64,000 bases of DNA, taken from NCBI GenBank assembly GCA_023379265.1, contig JAMCUI010000010.1:200-64199 (forward strand). Reading direction: 5' to 3'. Below the pieces are notes generated by a model. It saw nothing but the letters and a program-made list of their open reading frames with translations, had not been told where the DNA came from and did not search any database. Below are positions 28,064 through 37,671 of this stretch, one piece after another. Position numbers and translations under genes: made by a program. Position 1 is the first letter of the stretch. The number at the start of each line of letters is the position of its first letter. The DNA comes from Patescibacteria group bacterium (lineage in GTDB: Bacteria; Patescibacteriota; Microgenomatia; 2-02-FULL-39-11).

Positions 28064-30010
28064 ATGAGAAATATTTCGGGAGGAAAAGGTAAATCTATAT
28101 TTATACTTTTGCTGCTTCTGGTGGCGCTTTTCGTCGCCGTGGTTTTGGTGCGGCAAAATCAGGAATTAAGGAATAGGGCTGCGGGACTTAGCGTGACTTT
28201 AAGCTTGAATCCGTCTACAGATAATTTGAGTACGAGCAAACCAAAAGAATTTGATATAATCGCTACTTTCCAGAACGGGTCTTCAGGTGAAAAGTTGGAT
28301 GGAATAAGAACAGTCTTAAACTTTCCGGCGGCAAATATCTTCATTCCAGACAGCCCTCTTATAGACACATCGACTTCTGGCCTAAGTCCTTATAAGGTTG
28401 ATAGTCCTGCTGTAGCCAACCAGGCAGGGAAAATGAATATTACATTGATTGCTTCCACTCCGGGTAGCGGTCCGTCTACGGATAAACCTGTTATCATTGC
28501 CAAAGTTTTTCTTCAGGGTAAGGCTCCTATAACTTCAACTTCCGTAACATTTTCAGATACACAAATAGTAAATAACCAATCAGCACAAGTACCTGTCCAA
28601 CTAGAGAGTGCCAATTTGGGAGTGGTAATGGATAACGGAACAAGCTGTCTGACTTATCCGGTGACTGATACCTTCAGCGAATCAAGCTTGAATACGGATT
28701 TGTGGCAAGAATGGAAACAAAACGGCAGTGATTCTCTGACCTCTGGAAGTTTGCGTCTTATGGCAAACGGTGGCGGGTCTTCTGAGTCATATGGAGGTGT
28801 ATTGTCAGCAAAAACTTTGTGTGCAACGACTGGTGATTTTGACACTTCAGTTGACTTCAACCAGTTTACTACAAGCGGTCAATCGGAGGCTGATGCTATT
28901 TTATCTCTTGAGGACCAGACAAACGATTCTCATATATTTATTCAATATGCCAATAAAGGTAACAGTGCTGGTTTTGAAAGTAAACTGGTCATAAAGGGTC
29001 AGGACCAGACTGTGCAGGATAAGTGGACACCCATGTCCGTGACTACTGGAAAACTTCGGATAGTGAGGCAAGGAGGGGTCTTTACTACATATTATGATAC
29101 AGGAAGCGGTTGGATACAGCAGGCTTCATTTATACCCGATTCTTTTGCTACAGCTTTGAATGTGGGATTATTTGCTAAAAGCTGGGGAGAGTATCCTACA
29201 GTCTCCGCCAATTTCGACAACTTTTCTTTTTCCCAAGCCAATCCCGCCCCTTCGTTTACTCCCACTCCGAGCCTGACACCTGTGCCAACCTTGACTCTTA
29301 TACCGACTCCTCCTTTAGGATCCAACCAATACCTTATAAATATAGGAGATAAACAATGGCTTACGATAAATGTGGGTGCTTCGGTGACTCCTCAGATAAG
29401 GTTTAAGGCAAAAGTGGCTTTTCTCCAGAATACACCGGATTTATACTTCAAGCTGAGAGTGAAGGATGAGTTGGCCTTTATGAATAATCCAACTGATCAG
29501 GGAACAACTGATTCATGCAATAATACTCCCGCCGGGGACTACGATTTTTGGGTACCGATGCGGGCGCAAAATGGGATTTATTCTCCAGTACCTTCTATAG
29601 GGACGCCTCCCTCTGGGATGAATATAGCTACAGTTTCGCCTGATGGATGGGTAATCCTTAATAATGTTCAGGCGGGGAAGTATTACTCAATTTTCTTGAA
29701 AGCCCCCAAAACCAGAGGGACACTCATGGTGCAGCATGTACTGCTTGCACCCAACCAGGACCAAAACATACAGGATTTTGACTGGACGACAAATGCATTG
29801 GCACCGGGAGATTTGCCTGACCCCAATAACGGCGGCAAACAGGACTGTACCGTCAATAGTGTGGACCTGTCGCTTATAGAACAGAGGCAAGGAAAGACTG
29901 ACCAGGATAGTCTGAATATAGCCGATGTGAATTATGACGGGGTGGTAAACGGAAATGACATTTCAAAAGTTGTCAATACGCTTTCGACAAAACCTGATGA
30001 CGATAAGTAA
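28064..30010 (+). CDS. Surface protein with cohesin-like, beta-sandwich (ConA-like) and dockerin-like domains
   Basis: N-terminal domain is paralogous to the 26929 product (TPGSGPSTDKP); KLRIVRQGGVFTTYY; C-terminal ADVNYDGVVNGND. Confidence 0.78.
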   Translation: MRNISGGKGKSIFILLLLLVALFVAVVLVRQNQELRNRAAGLSVTLSLNPSTDNLSTSKPKEFDIIATFQNGSSGEKLDGIRTVLNFPAANIFIPDSPLIDTSTSGLSPYKVDSPAVANQAGKMNITLIASTPGSGPSTDKPVIIAKVFLQGKAPITSTSVTFSDTQIVNNQSAQVPVQLESANLGVVMDNGTSCLTYPVTDTFSESSLNTDLWQEWKQNGSDSLTSGSLRLMANGGGSSESYGGVLSAKTLCATTGDFDTSVDFNQFTTSGQSEADAILSLEDQTNDSHIFIQYANKGNSAGFESKLVIKGQDQTVQDKWTPMSVTTGKLRIVRQGGVFTTYYDTGSGWIQQASFIPDSFATALNVGLFAKSWGEYPTVSANFDNFSFSQANPAPSFTPTPSLTPVPTLTLIPTPPLGSNQYLINIGDKQWLTINVGASVTPQIRFKAKVAFLQNTPDLYFKLRVKDELAFMNNPTDQGTTDSCNNTPAGDYDFWVPMRAQNGIYSPVPSIGTPPSGMNIATVSPDGWVILNNVQAGKYYSIFLKAPKTRGTLMVQHVLLAPNQDQNIQDFDWTTNALAPGDLPDPNNGGKQDCTVNSVDLSLIEQRQGKTDQDSLNIADVNYDGVVNGNDISKVVNTLSTKPDDDK

Positions 30011-30070
30011 ATTAATGCAGCGAAAAGTTCTTAGAGTTCGTAAAGTTATTAAAGTTAATTTAGTCTATAT

Positions 30071-30676
30071 ATGAACCAACAGGGATCTTCTGATTACAGG
30101 AAAATTTTAGTGGTTGTCTTGGTGCTTGTGATTCTTTTGGGTGCCATAGTTGTCATAAGGGCCCAGAGGAATGCGGCTTTACAAAAAAGCATGGAAGTCC
30201 AAAAAGTTGCACCAACTATTATCTTATCTCCAACAAGTTTGCCTTTGGTAGGAGAGTATTCCTTCTCGGGAGTACCTGTCAGCGTAAAAGTAGGACAGAC
30301 TTTTAACGTAAGCATCGATTTTAAGGCGCCAAAAACGGTATTGGATGGGGCTGATGCTTATGTAAGATTTAATCCGACCTATTTGAAAGCAGATAGCGTC
30401 ACTGAAGGTCCTTATTTTTCCGAGTATCTGAGGAAAACCATAGATAACGAGGAGGGTATGGTAAAAGTGACTGGTTTTAGGTCAAAAACGGGTGATACTC
30501 TTGATAAAAACGTCACTTTCTTTACCCTCTCCCTGACAGCCCAAAAAAGCGGATTGACAAATCTGACTTTTGATTTCCAGAAGGGAAGGACCAACCTTTC
30601 AACATTGGTAGAAAAGGGAACAAGTAGAAACGTATTGGGTACAACTGGTAAAGCAGTCATTACAATAGCTCAATAA
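30071..30676 (+). CDS. Membrane-anchored cohesin-like domain protein
   Basis: VKVGQTFNVSI..DGADAYVRFNP..L. Confidence 0.75.
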   Translation: MNQQGSSDYRKILVVVLVLVILLGAIVVIRAQRNAALQKSMEVQKVAPTIILSPTSLPLVGEYSFSGVPVSVKVGQTFNVSIDFKAPKTVLDGADAYVRFNPTYLKADSVTEGPYFSEYLRKTIDNEEGMVKVTGFRSKTGDTLDKNVTFFTLSLTAQKSGLTNLTFDFQKGRTNLSTLVEKGTSRNVLGTTGKAVITIAQ

Positions 30677-30678
30677 TT

Positions 30679-31419
30679 ATGAAGAGGAAGCTTATTTTCA
30701 CTTTTTCGCTGGTAGCGTTCCTTTTTTGTATCAAAGGTGTCAAGGCAGAGGAAGTTCATGCACAGGTTTTTAAGATGCAGCTTGCCAACCCTTCACAAAC
30801 GATCAATGTAGGGGATAATTTTGATATACAGATTATGATAAATACCGCCGGTCAGTCTACCATAAACGGAGACGCGCTTATTACATACGATCCCAATGCG
30901 ATTACTATTGATTCAAGTAATGTCAAGACGGGCAATTTCTATACCTATTTCAGCGCCAATCCTTTAGGTGGATACAATAATAAATTTCTTATCTCCAGTT
31001 GGGAGGAAAGTGTTGCTCACGCAAAATCTACTTCTACAGACGCTCTTTTTGCAACCATGACTGTAGCAGCCAAAAATCCTGGTACAACTACACTGTCTTT
31101 TGACTGTACTACCGGAAATGAAGCTGACTCCAATATCAATTTGGCATCCGATTCATCCGACATCATAAAGTGTCCTCTGCAGCCTTTGACAATAAATATA
31201 GGTGGGGCGGCTCAGCCGACTGCCGCGCCAACCTCAGCCGCTCCAACTTCAGCTCCAACTACTGCGCCAGCAGCAACAAGTACGCCAATTCCCTTGCCAA
31301 CCAAAGCTCCTAGGCCAACTGTGGCAGAGTTAAAAAGAGCAGGAGGAGCAGAAATGACAATTTTAGGATTGGGAGTAGGATTTATACTGACCGTAGTGGG
31401 CGTGGTTTTTGCTTTATAA
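30679..31419 (+). CDS. Cohesin-like protein with PT/PA linker and C-terminal membrane anchor
   Basis: Signal peptide; VGDNFDIQIMINT..GDALITYDP; LKRAG followed by a terminal TM helix. Confidence 0.78.
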   Translation: MKRKLIFTFSLVAFLFCIKGVKAEEVHAQVFKMQLANPSQTINVGDNFDIQIMINTAGQSTINGDALITYDPNAITIDSSNVKTGNFYTYFSANPLGGYNNKFLISSWEESVAHAKSTSTDALFATMTVAAKNPGTTTLSFDCTTGNEADSNINLASDSSDIIKCPLQPLTINIGGAAQPTAAPTSAAPTSAPTTAPAATSTPIPLPTKAPRPTVAELKRAGGAEMTILGLGVGFILTVVGVVFAL

Positions 31420-31470
31420 ATTGTTGAAGATTAATTTTACACTGATAGTATTGAGTTTTGAGATAACATT

Positions 31471-32181
31471 ATGCATCTGACATCTTTCAAAAAATCGCTC
31501 AAAATTGTAGGAATAATCACGGTTTTGGCTGCAGCTCTTGGCGCAACCATAATAGGCGGAAGTCGCGCAGCACAGCAATTTGCCAAAGCCTCTACATGTC
31601 CGGCACAAAAGATTGCCTCTGCTCAAGTGGGAGCCAATAGCGCAGTTGTCGCCTGGGAGACTACTGATGTCAGTCAGGGAAGAGTGGAATATGGAACTGC
31701 TCCAACTAGCCTAAATTTTACCGCACCGGAGGCAACGAGCGGTAAGATACACAATGTGCCTCTGACGCTTTTGACGCCAAATACTGTCTATTATTATCTA
31801 GTGGCCATAGGGGACAATAAATGTGATTCTTCAGGACAGACTTGTACGGATAATTGTGTGCCTTACAGTTTTACCACCGGTGCTATATCGCCTCAGCCGG
31901 AACTGGTCACAACCACTACTCCCACGCCTCCGGTTTCTCCAACTTTAATACCTCCTGTTGGTACGCCAACCGGTGTAGCTACCCCGTCATCCATGATTTC
32001 ACCATCTAGCAGTGTCAGTCCGACAGGAGGACTTAGCAGTTTTTGCGCTCTGGTACAGGCAAATATCGGCCGCAGCAGTAAAGAGACTTCAGTCTGGAGT
32101 ACATTCAAACAGTACGATATTGATGGAAACGGTATAATAAACGGTTTAGACGTCATCAAATGCCAGCAGAGCGGAAAATAA
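31471..32181 (+). CDS. Surface protein with Fn3-like (purple-acid-phosphatase N-terminal type) and dockerin-like domains
   Basis: AVVAWETT...VEYGT, HNV.L..LTPNTVYYY; YDIDGNGIINGLD. Confidence 0.78.
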   Translation: MHLTSFKKSLKIVGIITVLAAALGATIIGGSRAAQQFAKASTCPAQKIASAQVGANSAVVAWETTDVSQGRVEYGTAPTSLNFTAPEATSGKIHNVPLTLLTPNTVYYYLVAIGDNKCDSSGQTCTDNCVPYSFTTGAISPQPELVTTTTPTPPVSPTLIPPVGTPTGVATPSSMISPSSSVSPTGGLSSFCALVQANIGRSSKETSVWSTFKQYDIDGNGIINGLDVIKCQQSGK

Positions 32182-32187
32182 CCTCGA

Positions 32188-34935
32188 TTAACTTAGGGCT
32201 GCTATATCATTTTGGCTGAATGTTTGGAGTGCTACACGCTTATATAGATCGTCGCTAACCACTTTTCCTCTGGGATTTAGAAGAAGGATAAAAGAATTCC
32301 TGCCGCTTGCCGGTCTTACTTTGATTAACCTTCCCCGAAAATATAGAGGATCCTGGACCATTTTCCAGGCATAATAATCAAGGTCTCCGAACTGTATTTC
32401 CTCCAAAGGGCTAGCTACAAAAATATTACCGTCGATATTGACTTCAACATTAGGAGCTTGACGAATCATTTTTTCTCTTATCGTTTTTCTATCTTGAGAA
32501 GAAAGTCTATGGGTTTCGGATCTTTTGTTCCGACTGACTGCCACCTTTTCATAAAATTTAAGCGAAGCCAGTCGTACGGATGCAGCGCTTCTGCCTCTTT
32601 TAGCTTTTTTTTGGATGCCCGCTACCGGTTTTCTTCTTTCTTTTATATATACCTGATTAAGTCTACTTTCAGAAATTTCCTGCATTCTTTTTTCTATGGC
32701 AAGTATAGCTTTTTCCTGCCATTCCTTGAGACTACGATCAAAAAGAAATCCGCCGATAGCTCCACCTGCAGGTGGTTCTGTCCAGACTATAATGTATCTG
32801 GCAAATTCGTCTTCGATTCCGGGACTGCTTGGATCAAGAGTGAGGAACTTTCGGAGTCTTTGCAAAGGATGTTTATCTCTGTCGGTAGTGAAGATATAAA
32901 CGGGTTTGCCGTCAACTGTAAGATCAAGTTTGATTTTTTTCATTACAGCTTCAGGTTTACTGCCGATTGGAGGATTGTCCACGGGATAAAGATTTAATTT
33001 AGGATTGTTAGTATCCCACTCTGTTATTTCATAATAATAATCTTTACCCTTTATTCCTTCCTCGTCTTCACTGCGCATACTTTCAATAATCTTGTCCAGT
33101 TCATCGGTATGAGTCTTCATCTTCAAAAACCACTCCTTGTTTGAGTCGAAAAGATCCATCATAAGGAGTAGTTTGGCCCGGCTGGTCCAAGGCAATTCTT
33201 GTGATTGTTTGCTAGCAGAGATATTCTTCCTGAAAGGGTTTGGCTCGCCTGATGGTAGAAGGCTGCGGTTGGGATGCATGTTGTGCATGAGAAGTATAAG
33301 GTCAAGGAGTCGGGTGGTTTTTACTTCGTCTGAAAGATTGAATCTGGTAGCTTCGCCGCGACTTCCAGTAAAAAATGACAGCGCCTCTTCCTCGATTTCT
33401 CTCATAAAAGTGTTAATATCAAAAGACAGCCGGCTGAATATATCTTCAGTAATTCCCATAACCAATTGGAAATTCTGTTGAAGACGCTGTCGTATTTCTT
33501 CCAGCTCTAAAGTTTCTTTCCCGTCAAGGCTTTCGGTATTGGCTCTTAATCTGCGCGTGTGTTCAAGCGCCTGGATAAGTTTTATGCCAAAATTTTCTTC
33601 AGTGGGATTAATGTTAAAAGTTCTGAATAATACTTCATAGATTTGTATGAGATGATGATTTAGTCTTCCTGTTTCACCAGTATCGACTCCTTCGGATTTG
33701 ACGTGCCTACTTATAAGTTCCTGCCACTCCTGTGGTCCTAAAATACCCAATGCTGGTATGAAATCTGCAGTCATATAAGGTTCCTGCGGACCGGCCTCAG
33801 CAACTGCAGACACGTCTGAGCGGATTGCCATCCGTTGCATTGATTTTGCCATTTCCCAGTCCAGATAGTATCTTCTTGTAAGTTCGAGATGGTTGTCTGT
33901 ACGTGTTTTACTTAATCTTTGGTGGGCTACATTTGTGTCATAATCCACCATTTTGGCCAACAATTCTTTACTTTTGTCGTGTTCTTGTGGCTCAAAATTC
34001 TTTTGGAAAGTTGCTAGCATTTGCTGGTAGGTAAGTGAATCGTCATCAGGGAATGTATAGCTACGAGAAAGTGGATTGAATTTCCCTATCATGGCAGCTA
34101 CATGTTCTGGATTTTCCAAATCAAGTTTCCGGAGAAATTCAAGCCGTTCTCTTTTCCACCGGCTTGATTTTTTCCTGCCATATTTCGGGTGGTCAGAGTT
34201 TGTCAGAAGATCAATTAATATATCCCGGCGTACCTGAGCCTCATATTTTTCGGCCTGTTTTATAACTGCTAAATTATAGTTATCCATCATCTGCTGGTTG
34301 GCAACAACACCGGCTCTTTGGCGAGCTGCACCTGGTCGCATCGAATCGACAATTGTAATTATTCTTTGAGCTCCTTTTTTATCACTGACGGTTACCGTGC
34401 CTCTTTCTAAAAGGTATCTGACTTGTAAGGGGGATAGAGCCACAGTATCATCTATCTTATCTTGTGGGTTGATTGAAAGAGGTTTAAAAGATGCCGGCAA
34501 CTCGGTAATAGTCAGCGATTCCCTGTGTGTTTGTCTGCCATTACCATGGTTAAAAGAATATTCACGCTGGTTTTGTATAATTCTGATATCATTAGGCGTT
34601 ATAGTATAGTCATGTAATTTCTCGCATACTGATATTGCTGCAGTTTCCAATAAATCATCTCTAGAAAATTCATAGGGTTTCGGCAGGTGTTTTCCCGGGA
34701 GCATCGTCTGTCCTTGCTCTTCGGATGAAATACTTTTTATAACCCAGTAAGATTTTGTCAGCCAAGTCTGGGAAGGATTGGGAGGGTTTGCTTTTTGACT
34801 TAATACATCTGACCAATTGAAGCTAAGTTGGCCTCTAAGTTCATTTGGTGAAATTTGCTGCAATGGCATTACCCGAACCACATTTTCTGCAGGCGGTTCG
34901 TGTTCGGCAGGTAACATTTCTCTAGCTTGAGCCAT
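32188..34935 (-). CDS. 915-aa protein with a divergent RelA/SpoT-type synthetase (nucleotidyltransferase) domain and a possible degenerate Nudix N-terminus
   Basis: The long ORF is secure. RDKHPLQRLRK, IEDEFARYIIV, LASLKF and EEIQF occur in the order of Syn1-Syn4. The confidence value refers to the functional call. Confidence 0.55.
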   Translation of the reverse strand: MAQAREMLPAEHEPPAENVVRVMPLQQISPNELRGQLSFNWSDVLSQKANPPNPSQTWLTKSYWVIKSISSEEQGQTMLPGKHLPKPYEFSRDDLLETAAISVCEKLHDYTITPNDIRIIQNQREYSFNHGNGRQTHRESLTITELPASFKPLSINPQDKIDDTVALSPLQVRYLLERGTVTVSDKKGAQRIITIVDSMRPGAARQRAGVVANQQMMDNYNLAVIKQAEKYEAQVRRDILIDLLTNSDHPKYGRKKSSRWKRERLEFLRKLDLENPEHVAAMIGKFNPLSRSYTFPDDDSLTYQQMLATFQKNFEPQEHDKSKELLAKMVDYDTNVAHQRLSKTRTDNHLELTRRYYLDWEMAKSMQRMAIRSDVSAVAEAGPQEPYMTADFIPALGILGPQEWQELISRHVKSEGVDTGETGRLNHHLIQIYEVLFRTFNINPTEENFGIKLIQALEHTRRLRANTESLDGKETLELEEIRQRLQQNFQLVMGITEDIFSRLSFDINTFMREIEEEALSFFTGSRGEATRFNLSDEVKTTRLLDLILLMHNMHPNRSLLPSGEPNPFRKNISASKQSQELPWTSRAKLLLMMDLFDSNKEWFLKMKTHTDELDKIIESMRSEDEEGIKGKDYYYEITEWDTNNPKLNLYPVDNPPIGSKPEAVMKKIKLDLTVDGKPVYIFTTDRDKHPLQRLRKFLTLDPSSPGIEDEFARYIIVWTEPPAGGAIGGFLFDRSLKEWQEKAILAIEKRMQEISESRLNQVYIKERRKPVAGIQKKAKRGRSAASVRLASLKFYEKVAVSRNKRSETHRLSSQDRKTIREKMIRQAPNVEVNIDGNIFVASPLEEIQFGDLDYYAWKMVQDPLYFRGRLIKVRPASGRNSFILLLNPRGKVVSDDLYKRVALQTFSQNDIAALS

Positions 34936-34938
34936 CTT

Positions 34939-34968
34939 AAAAAAACCTCCCTTTATATTTGGGAGGTC
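34939..34968 (-). terminator. Intrinsic terminator/attenuator hairpin that also sequesters the SD of the 915-aa gene
   Basis: GACCTCCC-AAATATAAA-GGGAGG-TTTTTTT-AAG-ATG. Confidence 0.85.
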
Positions 34969-34998
34969 TCTAAATTTTTTAAGCTTATAACAAAGATT

Positions 34999-35076
34999 TT
35001 ACCACTGACCTCCCATATAGGCAAAGTGCCAATTTCGGACAATAAGGAGGCAGATGGAATGTATTCTACTTAACAT
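34999..35076 (-). CDS. Putative attenuator leader peptide MLSRIHSICLLIVRNWHFAYMGGQW (25 aa)
   Basis: 78-nt ATG-to-TAA ORF starting 8 nt after a -10 box and overlapping attenuator segments 1 and 2. Confidence 0.7.
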   Translation of the reverse strand: MLSRIHSICLLIVRNWHFAYMGGQW

Positions 35077-35084
35077 ACGTTGGT

Positions 35085-35113
35085 ATTTTAAGCCCGAGGC
35101 CTATATAAGTCAA
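35085..35113 (-). promoter_or_regulatory. Sigma70 promoter for the leader and the 915-aa gene
   Basis: TTGACT (35113-35108), 17-nt spacer, TAAAAT (35090-35085). Confidence 0.8.
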
Positions 35114-35124
35114 GTCTACAAGAT

Positions 35125-35153
35125 TTGCCTTTTATAGCTATAAAGCCTATAAT
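35125..35153 (+). promoter_or_regulatory. Divergent sigma70 promoter for the Rel-like hydrolase gene
   Basis: TTGCCT, 17-nt spacer, TATAAT. Confidence 0.75.
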
Positions 35154-35210
35154 ACCAATCCAATTATTTGGTAGTTATACTTGAGAATTTAATAGCGTCT
35201 TTTTAATTTC

Positions 35211-37526
35211 ATGCCGCAAGAAACACTGCAATCAATTCCGTACACTGAAATAGCAAAATTGGGTGAACTTATAGGAGGGAGGCAAAACACATCAGGTAGA
35301 ATTCCCTTTGGTGAAGTGCCCGATCCGGTGACCCATCTTTTTCCTTCGGAAGAGCAATTGTGCGATCAAATTTCCTTAAAATGTCGGGAGTATATGTCTC
35401 CTGGTGATCTTGGATTGACATATCTGTCTCTTGTTACCGCTTTGGCAGTTCATCAGAATAAATATAGATATACCCATGATCCTTCTTTCCTACACGTAGG
35501 AGGTGTAGCTAAGGATTTAGCCGATGACGAGATGGATTCGATCACGGTTAGTGCTGGAGGGATTCACGATACTTTCGAGGATACGCAATTTGATAAAGAG
35601 CCTTTCAACGAAAATAGCGCCCGGGAAATTTATGCCGCAGCAGGCATACCTAATGAGATCGTTGATGAATTGGTAACAACAGTCGGCAGACTAAGTATAT
35701 TTACAGGAGAGATGAAGAAATCAATGGCTATGGAATTGGGAAGGATGAGCCAGATCGGATCGCTGCTTGATGATCCCCGAGTAATAATAATCAAATTGAA
35801 GGATAGGCTGCGCAATATGCAAAAAAGAGATTTACAGGCACTGCCTGATCCACGCAGGATTGCAAGAAATATCAAAGAAACAGAGGAATTCTACCGACCC
35901 CTGGCAATGATGGTGGGGATGTATAAAGAAGGGGAAGAATTGGATGAACTGTGTTTGCGAAACAGGAGTGAAATCCATGATCAGTTTGCTAATTTATTGG
36001 TATTGACAAAAGAGGTGTTTTTCCAGACTCATGATCCTGAACAGGTGCGTCAGGAATTGGCGGATTTGGGCAGTCTAGATAAAGAAGTGGTACATACAAG
36101 AACTCCGGGACTAAATGATATTTATAGGAGAATGGGAGGAAGAATAGTTGATGACGTGGGAAAATTGAGAATCGCGACTGACAATGATTTTTATCTCAAT
36201 GTCGATATATCTCTAAACGGTATGTCCACAAGCGACCCATTAAGGTGGAGTGAGGCAGCCATGAATTTAGCGACAAAATATACCTTTTTACAAAACGGTG
36301 AGTACGAACTTATAGAACCGATAAACGAAATCAGGTTTAGAAATGATGTGTTAAACGATAGAACAGACGTATTACTTTTTGAATTGAGAAGGAAAAGTGA
36401 CGGACTGAGGGTAGTTGTCCGTATTTATCCTCAGGATAACTTTGAGCTATCAAGAGTTTCTCTCAAGGATATGTATTGGAAGAGGGCGCCTTTACCAAGT
36501 GATGATATTAGTACCGTAGTAAACGGGGGAGACGAAATTGCCAAACGGCATTACTGGGCGTTACAGAGATATAAGCAATTACGGCGGAGATATAAACGTA
36601 TTATGTCTGAATATAACCAAACAAATGTACTTTCGTCTTCCCAGGTCATCAGGTTAATGGAAAAAATACCCGTGGGTAAGATTATTGTGAAAGGCATTGA
36701 TGATAAAGGTGAAGGTTTGTCTTGGGTAATTGATCAGAATGCAACAGTGATGGATTATGTAAGGGATATATTTAGGGGAAGGGGAGGATTGCGCGGAAGT
36801 TGGCCCACCGTTATAGGTGCAACAATAAATGGCAGGCCGGTAGCACTCAATCAGAAGTTACAGCCGGGTGACGAAATCCATATCATCCGGGACAAGAAAA
36901 AAATAGAACATTGGTCACCCCATTGGATACACTATTTTCATACTGACAAGGAGGGTTCACAGATTGTGAGGGATAAAATAAGAAGACTGCTGGAGAAAAC
37001 AACTGGGAAGGAACGGAAGCTTCTCGAAACAGACGTGGCCAGTGCCGGAAAATGGGTGATAGGGCAGGCCATGCATGACAACAGAATACCTTTGCGTATA
37101 GGAATTGATAGGGCAATGCATCTGGTACACCAACATTTTCCGGATATGGACGAAAGAGAATTTCTTTTCAATATAGGGATGGGAGATCCCAGAATAACCA
37201 CTCAGTTGATAAGAGAGGTCGCAACGGAACTGGAAATTCCGAACCAGCAGGCAGGAGTAATGGAAATTGTTTTTGGGAAAGACCAGCGGGGTTTGGTGAG
37301 AGCGGTCTCAAGCACTCTTGATGATCTGCAAATCAGCTTGACTGATGTTGAGTCAGAGATATTAGCTGATAACGTCCCAGTAGTTGTCCGTGTGTATCTT
37401 GATCCAAGTGTACTGGAGGAGTACGGTTATGATAAGTTAAAGCAGATAATAAAAAGCAGCAATAGATGTATAGGCAAAGGATTAATCGATGTCAGACCTC
37501 TAAGAAGGGCATATGAAATGGTCTAA
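35211..37526 (+). CDS. Long RelA/SpoT homolog with HD hydrolase, degenerate synthetase, TGS and ACT domains
   Basis: HQNKYR..DPSFLH, IHDTFED, IKLKDRLRNM, ET..FYRPLA; TGS 'ATVMDY...GATINGRPVALNQKLQPGDEIHI'; ACT 'KDQRGLVRAVSSTL'. Confidence 0.88.
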   Translation: MPQETLQSIPYTEIAKLGELIGGRQNTSGRIPFGEVPDPVTHLFPSEEQLCDQISLKCREYMSPGDLGLTYLSLVTALAVHQNKYRYTHDPSFLHVGGVAKDLADDEMDSITVSAGGIHDTFEDTQFDKEPFNENSAREIYAAAGIPNEIVDELVTTVGRLSIFTGEMKKSMAMELGRMSQIGSLLDDPRVIIIKLKDRLRNMQKRDLQALPDPRRIARNIKETEEFYRPLAMMVGMYKEGEELDELCLRNRSEIHDQFANLLVLTKEVFFQTHDPEQVRQELADLGSLDKEVVHTRTPGLNDIYRRMGGRIVDDVGKLRIATDNDFYLNVDISLNGMSTSDPLRWSEAAMNLATKYTFLQNGEYELIEPINEIRFRNDVLNDRTDVLLFELRRKSDGLRVVVRIYPQDNFELSRVSLKDMYWKRAPLPSDDISTVVNGGDEIAKRHYWALQRYKQLRRRYKRIMSEYNQTNVLSSSQVIRLMEKIPVGKIIVKGIDDKGEGLSWVIDQNATVMDYVRDIFRGRGGLRGSWPTVIGATINGRPVALNQKLQPGDEIHIIRDKKKIEHWSPHWIHYFHTDKEGSQIVRDKIRRLLEKTTGKERKLLETDVASAGKWVIGQAMHDNRIPLRIGIDRAMHLVHQHFPDMDEREFLFNIGMGDPRITTQLIREVATELEIPNQQAGVMEIVFGKDQRGLVRAVSSTLDDLQISLTDVESEILADNVPVVVRVYLDPSVLEEYGYDKLKQIIKSSNRCIGKGLIDVRPLRRAYEMV

Positions 37527-37671
37527 TAGGTAATCATTTTTTAGTCACAAACCAGTTCTTCCGTTCAAAAAGCGAAAGTTGACGTTGTTCTTGATTTTTT
37601 ACATAAAATGCTTATAATATCAATCTTAAATTAAGATTTGAAGCTGTTTTATAAATTTATTAAAAAATACT

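Noticed and set aside
32458-32997. Long antisense or alternative-frame ORFs (e.g. 32458-32997, 39129-39701, 55341-55865, 57542-58099, 61276-61812)
   Set aside because: They are shadows of well-supported genes on the opposite strand and have no motifs of their own.
34936-35084. ppGpp (ykkC-type) riboswitch or T-box
   Set aside because: It lacks the ykkC and T-box consensus sequences. A uORF-based attenuator explains all the complementary segments.
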